This document shows positions 38,931-48,614 of a DNA stretch of 64,000 nt, piece after piece. The notes under the pieces are model-generated. The model did not search any database and was not told where the DNA came from. It was given only the letters and a program-made list of their open reading frames with translations. The DNA is taken from the NCBI GenBank assembly GCA_016214905.1, contig JACRMQ010000006.1, positions 321,008 through 385,007 of the forward strand, written 5' to 3'. Numbering within the stretch: the first letter of the stretch is position 1; each line of letters starts with the position of its first letter. A program made the translations under genes and the position numbers. This DNA comes from Ignavibacteriales bacterium. GTDB lineage: Bacteria > Bacteroidota > Ignavibacteria > UBA10030 > SZUA-254.

Positions 38931-39034
38931 GGGGTCAAGTCCTGCGCAACAAGAAATTTCCGAACCCCGCCAGGTCCGGAAGGAAGCAACGGTAGGAAGT
39001 AAATCTTGTGTGACGTAGGGTAGCTTGACCTCTT
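38931..39034 (+). ncRNA. ffs: Signal recognition particle RNA (4.5S-type, small bacterial SRP RNA)
   Basis: Contains the near-universal domain IV motif CCAGGUCCGGAAGGAAGCAACGGUAG. The 5' GGGGUCAAGU pairs with the 3' GCUUGACCUC to form the closing helix, and the RNA ends in a U-run. Length is ~104 nt. Confidence 0.75.
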
Positions 39035-39040
39035 TTAATT

Positions 39041-40240
39041 TTATTCCAACCATGAAATAATCTCAAACGATCCTGTCATCGGGTAACTTGGCGGAGAGTT
39101 AACTAATAATCGGTTATCGTATTTATAATTTTTCTGAAATCCATGATTGATTGTTGTGCCGCTGTAAGTCCCCACCGGTCCACGTTGATATTGCGTTACC
39201 CCGCCATAAAGGTACAAAGTTCCACTAACAGGTCGAGTGTTATAGTTCTCTGCCGTCAAACCGCCTTTCAAACAAAAAATTGCTGCATCAATCCTACAAT
39301 CGCTGTTATTGGCAGCATTATCTGTTACAAATACGTTATTTTCACTGACGAGTCCCAACATATCATCAGATGCACCTGCTCTTGGATCTGCTTTACAGCG
39401 GACATCGTTATCAATATAAATATTCCCAAATCCCAATCCAGAACTAGCCGTAGCACAGACTGTTGCTCTACCGTCGATAGTACCTTGAACGTGAATATTT
39501 CCTTTCGCTGCTAATATAACACCATTCGGGGCAAATGAAGACAACGGCTCGGTAGTTACCGTACCGGTAGCAGATGTTTTCCATTTAACGTTTCCATCTT
39601 CAAATGTCAGCCATAAATCACCGGTTGCAAAAACCCGGCCTCCTGCTGTTGCAGCCGCCACTACGCCATTAATATTCGCGGGCAGGTCTAAATCAACCCC
39701 TTTCTGATAACCACCATAAAATTTTGCTTTACTCTTTGTGGGATTTGTTCCTAACCGAGTTGTAACTTTCCCATAGAAAACAGGAGAATTAGGTGTGGGA
39801 ATATTTAATTTGGCTTGTGAATGGAGGGGTCCCCAAACTGTATCCTTAGATATCCAATCGATTGCACCTTCGATTTTAGAATAATAAGCGAATTTAGAAT
39901 ATGAGCTCGGTTGAAGCAAAACTCTCACCGTCTCGGCTGAATCGGTGTACGTTCCGATTGCTTCAATTTTTTTCATCTTTGTAAGTGTATCGCGTACGGT
40001 AACACTGAATTTACCCCCTGAGAAAGAAATATTTGAATACCCCGCTCTCCATGAGGTGTCTATGAATAATTTATTTGCAGCGATATTCGCGGCACTCGTA
40101 GCAATGTTATGAGCTTGAGATTTTTTTTGATAACTGAGATAGTTTTCCACCGCACGGTTTGCCTGCCGATGTAAGTTAGGTGTCACAATTCCAAGTATTA
40201 AACTGAAACCTAACACGAGTAATATAGATGCTCTGCCCAT
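39041..40240 (-). CDS. PilX-N-like membrane-anchored protein (putative type IV pilus minor component / tip-associated)
   Basis: 399 aa. An N-terminal hydrophobic anchor (MGRASILLVLGFSLILGIVTPNLHRQANRAVENY) resembles PilX_N. It is followed by a beta-rich, Gly/Thr-rich region. It is the last gene of a three-gene overlapping operon. Confidence 0.4.
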   Translation of the reverse strand: MGRASILLVLGFSLILGIVTPNLHRQANRAVENYLSYQKKSQAHNIATSAANIAANKLFIDTSWRAGYSNISFSGGKFSVTVRDTLTKMKKIEAIGTYTDSAETVRVLLQPSSYSKFAYYSKIEGAIDWISKDTVWGPLHSQAKLNIPTPNSPVFYGKVTTRLGTNPTKSKAKFYGGYQKGVDLDLPANINGVVAAATAGGRVFATGDLWLTFEDGNVKWKTSATGTVTTEPLSSFAPNGVILAAKGNIHVQGTIDGRATVCATASSGLGFGNIYIDNDVRCKADPRAGASDDMLGLVSENNVFVTDNAANNSDCRIDAAIFCLKGGLTAENYNTRPVSGTLYLYGGVTQYQRGPVGTYSGTTINHGFQKNYKYDNRLLVNSPPSYPMTGSFEIISWLE

Positions 40241-40251
40241 ATAAATTTTCC

Positions 40252-40878
40252 TTATCTGTTTTTAAGATTTCTTGCTGCAAGACGCAACTGCCGCCAGAAC
40301 GCAAATGAATATGTAGTATCGTACGCGTAAGGACTTTCCAGCAATACGGAAAGTTGAATCTCATAGATTGCATTCGGATTACTAATCGGAAAAGGCAATG
40401 AATCACCCTGTGCATCGAAGTAAACGAAATCGAATTTTGTGACGCCCAAACTTATACCGCTTCCTCTTCGATTATTGATGTCGCGGAATAGATACATGTC
40501 TCTGGGATTCGGAGTACCGGTTAACCCTGATATCGTCCCGATTGAATATTCCAGAGTGTCAACATTTCCGACATTCAATAAATCGGTTTGAAATTTAATA
40601 TTATGCCTGCCCGCACCAAGAATTGCTTTGGATGGATCAGGAACTTTAGTGTATTCCCTGCAGTATCCTATTCTTCTAAAATCATCTTCAATCATGCGTA
40701 CTAGTGATACTAAATTTTCCTGGACAGTGAGATCGTTCGTGGTGGTATAATTGGAGTAAACTAACGAACTGTTCATGTGTATTACCATCAACAGCAGAAA
40801 TCCGGCGATGATGATGGATGATAATATGTCTAATATCGTACTTGAACCCATAACTTTGCTCCTTACCTGAAATACCAA
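40252..40878 (-). CDS. PilW-like minor pilin-like protein
   Basis: 208 aa. An N-terminal TM helix is followed by QENLVSLVRMIEDDFRRIGY, matching the conserved PilW/GspJ block E.AR.A…L..D.R.AGY. Confidence 0.45.
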   Translation of the reverse strand: MVFQVRSKVMGSSTILDILSSIIIAGFLLLMVIHMNSSLVYSNYTTTNDLTVQENLVSLVRMIEDDFRRIGYCREYTKVPDPSKAILGAGRHNIKFQTDLLNVGNVDTLEYSIGTISGLTGTPNPRDMYLFRDINNRRGSGISLGVTKFDFVYFDAQGDSLPFPISNPNAIYEIQLSVLLESPYAYDTTYSFAFWRQLRLAARNLKNR

Positions 40879-41363
40879 TAACTGAAGATATATTCGGCGC
40901 TCACTGTATCTTTCATTTGCGGACTCGTCACCTGAACGCTTAGTTTTTTATGCCATGTAGGAGATGCTTGCGCAACATTTGGATTCAACGGATCGATATA
41001 AAATACACGGCAAGATATGTTGAACATTCCACTTAAAGTGTCTGGAGTAACTGTTCTTCGTAGATTGTTGAAGTCATCAAAGTCATTCAATGAATCCGGA
41101 TAATATTCACCGGTCTCAAGTCCTAATTGCGCTACAGGAGTTAGCTGAGAGGTCGCAGTAGCAATATCTTCATCTGTATTTTTATCGAATGATTTTCCCT
41201 GCGCCTCTTCAACAAGTGAGGAAGCGATTGATATCGCTGTTACACCTAATTTTGCCTGAATAACAATCTCATTGCTGTTCCCTAAGCTGCGGTTCATGGA
41301 AACTACAACAGTTCCAAGAAGCGCTAAGGCAAACAAAGCAAATATTGTTTGTCCGGTGTTCAT
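40863..41363 (-). CDS. PilV-like minor pilin-like protein
   Basis: 166 aa. An N-terminal hydrophobic helix (MNTGQTIFALFALALLGTVVVSMNR) precedes a small beta-rich domain. It overlaps the next gene by 16 nt. The canonical G|FTLIE prepilin motif is absent. Confidence 0.4.
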   Translation of the reverse strand: MNTGQTIFALFALALLGTVVVSMNRSLGNSNEIVIQAKLGVTAISIASSLVEEAQGKSFDKNTDEDIATATSQLTPVAQLGLETGEYYPDSLNDFDDFNNLRRTVTPDTLSGMFNISCRVFYIDPLNPNVAQASPTWHKKLSVQVTSPQMKDTVSAEYIFSYWYFR

Positions 41364-41990
41364 ATTAACCCCTTAATAAGTTTTCTGCAATTATTTTTTA
41401 ATCAACGGATGTGATTGAGGCCAGATCTGATGCAATTCCGGCATTAAAATGTACCTTTGCCGGATTTGCCGCTTCTGTTAATCAGACTGCAAGATATTTT
41501 AATCCGATTTGCCGGCGTTCTAATTCCTACCGATTAATCAGGACCAATATTTTCATTTGGTAAAATAATCAATGCACATGCTGGCATATCACTAAATCAC
41601 ATGGACATGATAAAATAAATTACGAGAAGACGCAATAGTAAGAGTGAGAACAATCACTTCCGGATAGAGGAAATAACTCCAAACAGTCGGATTATCAAAA
41701 AAGATGAATTCTTGCAAAGATGTTAAAAAATTAGTAACTTTAAAAAACAAATACCGAATAATTTCAAAATTTCGGATAATACATAGATAAATTAAATTTA
41801 AAATCATTCGCAACAAGTCACTGGTTAACGATGTCGAGCGTCTTTTTATTACGAGTTTTCATTTTAAGCACAAACCGTTTCCTCGCTTCGTTCCACGACT
41901 TCGCCGCGGCACTGATCCGTGTGCGTAGTTGCATATTCAATAATTATTCAGACCCTAATGGGCTGGTAGCAGAAAATATTATGTCTATAA

Positions 41991-43652
41991 GTGGGTCGGA
42001 GGAACAAAGTGTCAAACGTAAGAAAAGAAATTATAATCAACGCAACTGCGAACGAGATTCGCATTGCTATCACCGAGGATAAGCGTTTAGCAGAACTCTT
42101 CGTTGAAACTCCTGAAAAGGAGCGTATGGTAGGCGATATATATTTAGGCCGTGTGGCTAAGGTAATGCCTGGCATCCGTGCTGCATTTATTGATCTTGGA
42201 TTAAAGCAAGATGCCTTTCTACATTTTTCAGATATTGGAAGTTCGTTCTCTGAATATTCATCGTTAGTGGGCGATGAAGATTCCGATGTGGATGTTGATG
42301 AAGATGGAGACGATACCGAAAATCCTTTAAGCGAAAACGGTTCGACTCCAACAACGGAACTTAAAAACCAACCACAATCGCAACAGCGACAACGACCCCA
42401 AAGGAACGATAATTATCAAAAATCTTTACCGGACATCAAGCGCGGTCAGGATATATTAGTACAAGTTACAAAAGAACCGGTTGGTCGCAAGGGTGTTAGA
42501 GTAACATCGGAAGTCTCCATACCCGGCAGATTTTTAGTGCTATTGCCTTTCGATGGGAAGATTGGTGTTTCAAAACGGATGCAGAGCTTCAAGGAAAAAC
42601 GCCGGTTGCGCAGAATCGTTCGCAATTTTCTCCCTGAAGGATTTGGTGCGATCATCCGTACTGTTGCTATGGATCAGGATGAAGCGGCATTAAAAGCGGA
42701 TATGGATAATCTTCTTTCAACATGGAGGGAGATAGAGAAAAGCGTTAAATCGGAGGAACCGCCTTCACTTCTTTACAAAGACATGGCAACGACTTCCAGT
42801 GTTATCCGTGATTTATTTTCTGAATCTGTTGACCGGATAGTAATAGATTCGAAAAAATTGTATAAAGAAATCCGCGCGTACGTTAAAACAGTCTCTCCGG
42901 ATTGGATCGATAAGATTGAGTTATACAAAGACAAAGAGCCGATCTTCGATGTTTATGGAATAGAAAAAGAAATCGCAACCGTGCTAAGTAGAAAAGTATG
43001 GTTGAAGAGCGGTGGATATATAATTATCGAACAAACCGAGGCGATGGTTGTTGTCGACGTGAATAGCGGTCGTTACGCGGCGAAACGCGAACAAGAATTG
43101 AATTCACTCCGTACTAATCTCGAATCGGCAAGGGAGATATGCCGTCAGCTTAGATTGAGAGATCTTGGGGGAATTATCGTAATCGATTTCATCGATCTGG
43201 ATGATGAGAAGAATCGAAAAAAAGTATACGATGAATTGCGTAAAGAATTTAAACGCGATCGTGCAAAAGTTACCGTCTTGCCGATGACTGAAATCGGATT
43301 AGTTCAAATCACCCGGCAAAGGATCCGACAAAATATCCTCCATAGTTTCAGCGAACCCTGCCCTGTTTGCGGCGGCGGCGGTCTAATTGAATCTAAATCG
43401 AGCATTGTAAATCATATCGAGAGATGGGTACGCAGATTCAAATCAGAATCGCGTGAATACCGACTTAGACTCGCGGTACACCCAACAGTCGCTCAATACC
43501 TGAGAGAAGGCACAATAAGTAGGATTACGAAGATGAAATTCAAATATTTTGTTTCAATCAAACTTACAGAAGACACATCAACTCAGGCATCAGAGTTCCA
43601 TTTCTTTTCCCTAAAGCAAAATAAAGATATTACTGAGCAATTTATTTCATGA
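41991..43652 (+). CDS. rng: Ribonuclease E/G family endoribonuclease (RNase G-like, with acidic insert)
   Basis: 553 aa with a GTG start. The S1 domain block KEIIINATANEIRIAITEDKRLAELFVE…GDIYLGRVAKVMPGIRAAFIDLG is present. Also found are the DNase-I-like/Mg site IIEQTEAMVVVDVNSG and a Zn-link-like CPVCGGGG. A 40-aa acidic insert reads DEDSDVDVDEDGDD. Confidence 0.8.
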   Translation: MGRRNKVSNVRKEIIINATANEIRIAITEDKRLAELFVETPEKERMVGDIYLGRVAKVMPGIRAAFIDLGLKQDAFLHFSDIGSSFSEYSSLVGDEDSDVDVDEDGDDTENPLSENGSTPTTELKNQPQSQQRQRPQRNDNYQKSLPDIKRGQDILVQVTKEPVGRKGVRVTSEVSIPGRFLVLLPFDGKIGVSKRMQSFKEKRRLRRIVRNFLPEGFGAIIRTVAMDQDEAALKADMDNLLSTWREIEKSVKSEEPPSLLYKDMATTSSVIRDLFSESVDRIVIDSKKLYKEIRAYVKTVSPDWIDKIELYKDKEPIFDVYGIEKEIATVLSRKVWLKSGGYIIIEQTEAMVVVDVNSGRYAAKREQELNSLRTNLESAREICRQLRLRDLGGIIVIDFIDLDDEKNRKKVYDELRKEFKRDRAKVTVLPMTEIGLVQITRQRIRQNILHSFSEPCPVCGGGGLIESKSSIVNHIERWVRRFKSESREYRLRLAVHPTVAQYLREGTISRITKMKFKYFVSIKLTEDTSTQASEFHFFSLKQNKDITEQFIS

Positions 43653-43671
43653 TTATTAAAGGATATTTTTA

Positions 43672-44316
43672 ATGAAGATATTTATTGACACAGCAAACAT
43701 TAATGAAATCAAAGAAGCAGCAAGTATGGGATTGTTGGATGGTGTAACCACTAATCCGAGTCTCGTGGCAAAAGAAGGTAAAAAATTTGAAATACTAATC
43801 AAAGAAATTTGTTCAATAGTCGATGGTGATATAAGCGCCGAAGTAATATCAACCGATTACGACGGAATGCTGCGTGAAGGTCGTGAGCTTGCAAAACTCG
43901 ACGATAAAATAGTTGTGAAAATTCCGCTTATCAAGGAAGGTCTGAAAGCAGTTAAAAGTTTGAAAGCCGAAGGCATCCGCACGAATGTAACGTTATGCTT
44001 CTCTCCAAATCAGGCGCTTCTTGCTGCAAAAGCAGGCGCATACATCCTTAGTCCGTTCGTTGGACGTTTAGATGATATCAGCACTAACGGAATGGAATTG
44101 ATATCTCAGATTTTAACTATCTATCGGAATTATGGATTTGATACACAAGTTTTAGTCGCGAGTATCCGTCATCCGTTGCACGTTGTTGAATCTGCCTTGA
44201 TGGGTGCCGATATTGCAACAATTCCTTTTAACGTATTCACCCAGCTTATCAAACATCCTCTGACAGACATCGGATTAGAAAAATTTCTTTCAGATTGGAA
44301 GAAGGTGCCGAGGTAA
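43672..44316 (+). CDS. tal: Transaldolase (type 3B) / fructose-6-phosphate aldolase family
   Basis: 214 aa. [31 protein letters not shown] and the Schiff-base Lys context VVKIP are present. Confidence 0.8.
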   Translation: MKIFIDTANINEIKEAASMGLLDGVTTNPSLVAKEGKKFEILIKEICSIVDGDISAEVISTDYDGMLREGRELAKLDDKIVVKIPLIKEGLKAVKSLKAEGIRTNVTLCFSPNQALLAAKAGAYILSPFVGRLDDISTNGMELISQILTIYRNYGFDTQVLVASIRHPLHVVESALMGADIATIPFNVFTQLIKHPLTDIGLEKFLSDWKKVPR

Positions 44317-44318
44317 TT

Positions 44319-45407
44319 ATGAAACCAACAGCATTTAATTCGATTCACAAAAAATTGGGAGCTAAGTTAGTGGAATTCGCCGGATTCGAAATGCCTGTTC
44401 AGTACACAGGAATTATAGACGAGCATCGTGCGGTTCGCACATCGGTGGGCATTTTCGATGTATCGCACATGGGCGAATTTAAAATCAGCGGTCCGGATGC
44501 TCTGGCGCTTGTCCAAAAAGTCACGACAAACGATGCCTCAAAATTGACCGATGGCAAAGTGCAATATTCCGCGATGTGTTATCAGGATGGCGGCATCGTT
44601 GACGATCTGCTTGTGTACAGAATGAAGGATCATTTCATGTTCGTTGTAAACGCAGCGAACCTTCAAAAAGATTTTAACTGGATAAAATCCAATATCGATA
44701 GTTTCAACGTGCAACTTGAGGATCAAAGTGATGGAATTTCGCTTCTGGCTATTCAAGGCCCTAAGTCGCTTGCTACCCTGCAAAAGTTAACAGGAACCAA
44801 CCTAGCGGCTATGCCGTATTATTCGTTCGTGTATGGTGAACTGGCAGGTATCGATATGATTATTTCGAGAACCGGTTACACAGGAGAATTGGGTTTTGAA
44901 TTATATTTTGATTCGTCCATCGCTGTCTCGGAACGCATTTGGAATTCGATCATGGAAGCCGGGAAAGAATTCGGTATCAAACCGATCGGTTTGGGTGCGC
45001 GTGATACACTTCGACTTGAAATGGGATTTTGTCTCTACGGCAACGATATTGATCAGACCACCAATCCGCTTGAAGCAGGTCTCGGATGGATAACGAAACT
45101 TGATAAAAATAATTTTAATAGCCGTGATGTGCTGTTAGAAGTAAAGAAAAATGGTACCAACCGAAAACTTGTCGGATTTGTGATCGAAGATGATCGTGCT
45201 TTTCCGCGTCACGGATATGAAATATTGAGCAACGGCAAAAAGATCGGCACAGTTACAAGCGGAACAGTTTCGCCAATTCTTAGTAATGCAATAGGTATGG
45301 GATATGTTTCGATGGAGTTCAGTCAACCCGGATCTGTTTTAAATATTATGATTCGAAATAAAGAGGTTAACGCAAAAGTTGTAAAGATTCCTTTCATACA
45401 AAGATGA
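44319..45407 (+). CDS. gcvT: Glycine cleavage system T protein (aminomethyltransferase)
   Basis: Start ATG at 44319 preceded by GAAGGTG/GAGGTA. FAGFEMPVQYTGIIDEHRAVRTSVGIFDVSHMG is diagnostic. Confidence 0.85.
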   Translation: MKPTAFNSIHKKLGAKLVEFAGFEMPVQYTGIIDEHRAVRTSVGIFDVSHMGEFKISGPDALALVQKVTTNDASKLTDGKVQYSAMCYQDGGIVDDLLVYRMKDHFMFVVNAANLQKDFNWIKSNIDSFNVQLEDQSDGISLLAIQGPKSLATLQKLTGTNLAAMPYYSFVYGELAGIDMIISRTGYTGELGFELYFDSSIAVSERIWNSIMEAGKEFGIKPIGLGARDTLRLEMGFCLYGNDIDQTTNPLEAGLGWITKLDKNNFNSRDVLLEVKKNGTNRKLVGFVIEDDRAFPRHGYEILSNGKKIGTVTSGTVSPILSNAIGMGYVSMEFSQPGSVLNIMIRNKEVNAKVVKIPFIQR

Positions 45408-46165
45408 AGACAAACCTGATAAATAAAAAAATTTCGATTACAGTCCATCTCACACCCGGTAATATTGATGAGATGGAGTTGAAAGACAAGAATTTAATTG
45501 TAATAGATGTGTTGCGTGCTAGTACAACAATTGCAACGGCACTGAAAAACGGCGCTAAAGAGATTATGCCCGTTGGTACTATTGAAAACGCGGTGAAAAT
45601 TTCCGGCAGTTTGTTCGGTGGCGTAACGCTGCGTGCCGGCGAGCGGAATTCAAAAATTATCGAAGGATTCAACCTCGGAAATTCCCCGAAAGAATTCACT
45701 GAAGATGTTGTGAAAGGGAAATCAATAATTTTCTTCACCACGAACGGAACCACTGCGATAGGAAAAGGTAAACACGCGAAGAACTTAGTAGTTGCAAGTT
45801 TTGTAAACCTTTCGAAAGTTGTACAATATTTCCTCCGCCTGCAGGAGGATATAGTTATTCTCTGTGCGGCAAATGAAAATGTTTTTTGCGTCGAAGATGC
45901 CGTATGTGCCGGCAGAATAATAAACAAGATGGCCGATTCTGCAGGTATCGAATTAGTCCTTGATGACGCAGGAGTTGCTTGCGCCATGCTCGATAAAAGT
46001 TTCGGTAAAAGCTTGTTGAAAATGCTTAAGAGCACGGAACACGGAAAATATCTCACCGAAATTGGCTTTGCCGATGATCTTAAAATATGTGCCTCATTGG
46101 ATTCTGTTGAGGTTATTCCGATGCTGGTCGGTAACGTTATCAAACTTCCAAAAGATATAAGCTGA
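45404..46165 (+). CDS. comB: 2-phosphosulfolactate phosphatase (ComB) family protein
   Basis: 253 aa. LIVIDVLRASTTIATALKNGAKEIMPV matches the ComB N-terminal block. The start overlaps the gcvT stop. Confidence 0.65.
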   Translation: MKTNLINKKISITVHLTPGNIDEMELKDKNLIVIDVLRASTTIATALKNGAKEIMPVGTIENAVKISGSLFGGVTLRAGERNSKIIEGFNLGNSPKEFTEDVVKGKSIIFFTTNGTTAIGKGKHAKNLVVASFVNLSKVVQYFLRLQEDIVILCAANENVFCVEDAVCAGRIINKMADSAGIELVLDDAGVACAMLDKSFGKSLLKMLKSTEHGKYLTEIGFADDLKICASLDSVEVIPMLVGNVIKLPKDIS

Positions 46166-46199
46166 ACAATTTTAAATCATCCGAAAATCTGATGAAAGA

Positions 46200-48614
46200 G
46201 TGTTGATGGCTGACCGTGTAAAACAAAACTCGACAGGGATTTCTAAGAAATCCCAGAAGAAACGAACGGCAGACAGGCGCAAACACATTTTCGCGATCAT
46301 CGGGATGATGATCGGTGTACTTATATTTTTAAGTATACTCGGTTATTCATTCTCCGATGAAGCTATCCTCGATGAGCTTTCCTTCACCGATATATTTCGC
46401 TTACCATTCAATTCCTCGGTAAAAGCATTAGCATCCGGTATCAGGAATTGGTTAGGATTATTCGGCGCTTTTACAGCAGATTATTTCATCAATTCTACTG
46501 TAGGTTTTGTATCAATCTTATTCCCGCTATTGATTGTTATTTGGTGTTGGGTATTCCTTCGAGCAGCGGAATCTAAGAAACTACTGACCTTGACGAATTA
46601 TCTTTTTCTCTTTTCACTTTTATTTTCCACAACATTCGGAATTACGAATTTGGTGATCATCGATTTGCCAAAAGAATGGAGCGGCATAGTAGGTGCGTAT
46701 CTTGCGGATATTTTTGTGAAATTATTGGGAAGAGTCGGTGCTCCTATTGTGGTTGTTACCGCATTTTTTATCACAATCGTTCTTGCAATCGATCTCGATA
46801 TTCATAAATCTATCGAAAGAATAAAAGTATTGTGGCTGGCTCTCTTCAATCGGAAGGCAAGCGACGGCTCGTTGCCGATACCGTCGGAAGCTGAAACTGA
46901 AGTTTCGATCAACAAAAACGAGGAAGAGTTTACTACGGAAATTATCCCACAGGAAGAGGATGAATTAGATAAGATAGTTTCGGAGGAGGAAGAAGAGATT
47001 GAAACGGAACAGGAGTTGGAAGAAGAGCAAGATGAACCGCCGATGAAAATCGTTGAAATGGATGATGAACCGGATGCGGAAATTGAATCTGAGGAAGTTA
47101 AAATTCCTGAAGCGGTAGAGGATGAAGAAATCGATTATGTTTTTCCTTCAATTGAATTGCTCGATGCTCATCGTCAGGGAGATATTATTCCTGAGGAAGA
47201 ATTAAAAGCGAACGCTGAATTGGTGCGGGCGAAGTTGGCTAATTTCGGGATTGAAATAGAGAGTGTTAGTGTTACACCCGGACCCGTGGTAACATTGTAT
47301 GAGCTTGTTCCTGCATCCACAGTGAAAATTAGCCGTATCGTAAATTTATCGGATGACCTTGCGCTTGCGTTGGCTGCTAAAGGGATTCGAATTATGGCGC
47401 CAATTCCGGGTAAAAGTGCCGTAGGTGTCGAGATACCAAATAAAAATCCGTCACTCGTTTCTTTGCGATCTGTCTTGAACTCGACGAAGTTCCGGGAGAT
47501 GAAAGCAAATCTACCCATCGCGCTCGGGAAAACAATTTCGGGTGATGTTTATTCGGACGATTTATCTAAGATGCCTCACTTGTTGATAGCCGGCTCAACC
47601 GGTTCAGGGAAAAGTGTGGGGATCAATACATTCCTCGCGAGTCTTTTGTTCCGTCTACATCCTTCCGATGTAAAGTTCGTAATCATCGATCCTAAAAAGA
47701 TCGAGTTGACACCATACAAAAAATTGAAGAATCATTTCCTCGCGGTCTCACCCGATATCGATGAAGATATAATCACCACACCCGAAAACGCGGTTTTCGT
47801 TTTACGCAGCGTGGAACTGGAGATGGAAAAACGTTACGATCGATTGGCAGCCGCCGGCGTGAGAAATATTCAAGATTATAACGAACGGTTGAAAGCAGGG
47901 AGATTAAAAAACACCGAGACAATCGTTCATCGTAAAATGCCTTATCTGGTGGTGGTAATTGATGAACTTGCCGATCTCATGATGACCGCCGCACGCGAAG
48001 TGGAAGAACCGATTGCGCGCTTGGCGCAAATGGCAAGAGCGGTCGGAGTGCATTTATTATTCGCAACACAGCGCCCGTCGGTGGATGTTATCACCGGCGT
48101 GATCAAGGCAAATTTCCCCGCGCGTATCGCTTATCAGGTTGCGACGAAAACTGATTCCCGCACTATTCTTGATATGAACGGTGCCGAACAACTTTTAGGC
48201 AGCGGTGATATGATATATATGCCGGCTGGAGGTCAAAAACCATCGCGTATTCAGAATGCTTATGTTTCAACCGATGAAGTTGAACGATTGACCGAACATG
48301 TTGGGCGCCAAAAAGGTTATAGCAAACCATTCCAGCTCCCATCAACTCTCGAGCGTAAAAAATCCGGTGCACGTGGTATGTCGGATAGCCGTGATGAATA
48401 TTTTGAAGAAGCAGCGCGTTTGATAGTCAGGCATCAGCAAGGTTCTGTATCATTGTTGCAGCGCCGGCTGAAAGTCGGATATTCACGAGCCGCCCGATTA
48501 GTTGACGAGCTTGAAGCGGCCGGTATCGTGGGACCGTTTGACGGCAGTAAAGCTCGAATGGTTCTTATTGAAGATGAACAGCAACTCGATAGACTTTTTA
48601 AGGATATTTTATAA
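46200..48614 (+). CDS. ftsK: DNA translocase FtsK
   Basis: 804 aa. N-terminal TM segments and an acidic linker precede the motor domain, with Walker A LLIAGSTGSGKSVGIN and Walker B LVVVIDELADLMM. The C-terminal winged-helix gamma domain is present. Confidence 0.85.
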   Translation: MLMADRVKQNSTGISKKSQKKRTADRRKHIFAIIGMMIGVLIFLSILGYSFSDEAILDELSFTDIFRLPFNSSVKALASGIRNWLGLFGAFTADYFINSTVGFVSILFPLLIVIWCWVFLRAAESKKLLTLTNYLFLFSLLFSTTFGITNLVIIDLPKEWSGIVGAYLADIFVKLLGRVGAPIVVVTAFFITIVLAIDLDIHKSIERIKVLWLALFNRKASDGSLPIPSEAETEVSINKNEEEFTTEIIPQEEDELDKIVSEEEEEIETEQELEEEQDEPPMKIVEMDDEPDAEIESEEVKIPEAVEDEEIDYVFPSIELLDAHRQGDIIPEEELKANAELVRAKLANFGIEIESVSVTPGPVVTLYELVPASTVKISRIVNLSDDLALALAAKGIRIMAPIPGKSAVGVEIPNKNPSLVSLRSVLNSTKFREMKANLPIALGKTISGDVYSDDLSKMPHLLIAGSTGSGKSVGINTFLASLLFRLHPSDVKFVIIDPKKIELTPYKKLKNHFLAVSPDIDEDIITTPENAVFVLRSVELEMEKRYDRLAAAGVRNIQDYNERLKAGRLKNTETIVHRKMPYLVVVIDELADLMMTAAREVEEPIARLAQMARAVGVHLLFATQRPSVDVITGVIKANFPARIAYQVATKTDSRTILDMNGAEQLLGSGDMIYMPAGGQKPSRIQNAYVSTDEVERLTEHVGRQKGYSKPFQLPSTLERKKSGARGMSDSRDEYFEEAARLIVRHQQGSVSLLQRRLKVGYSRAARLVDELEAAGIVGPFDGSKARMVLIEDEQQLDRLFKDIL

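Noticed and set aside
38845-39040. tmRNA or RNase P RNA in the REC/pilin intergenic region
   Set aside because: It is too short, and the motifs fit SRP RNA domain IV and not the tmRNA tRNA-like domain or RNase P P4.
41592-42082. ORFs 41592-41816 (-) and 41831-42082 (+) in the rng upstream region
   Set aside because: Their translations are low-complexity and AT-driven, with no RBS and no conserved motifs. The second runs into the rng start in another frame. I treated the region as a leader/UTR instead.
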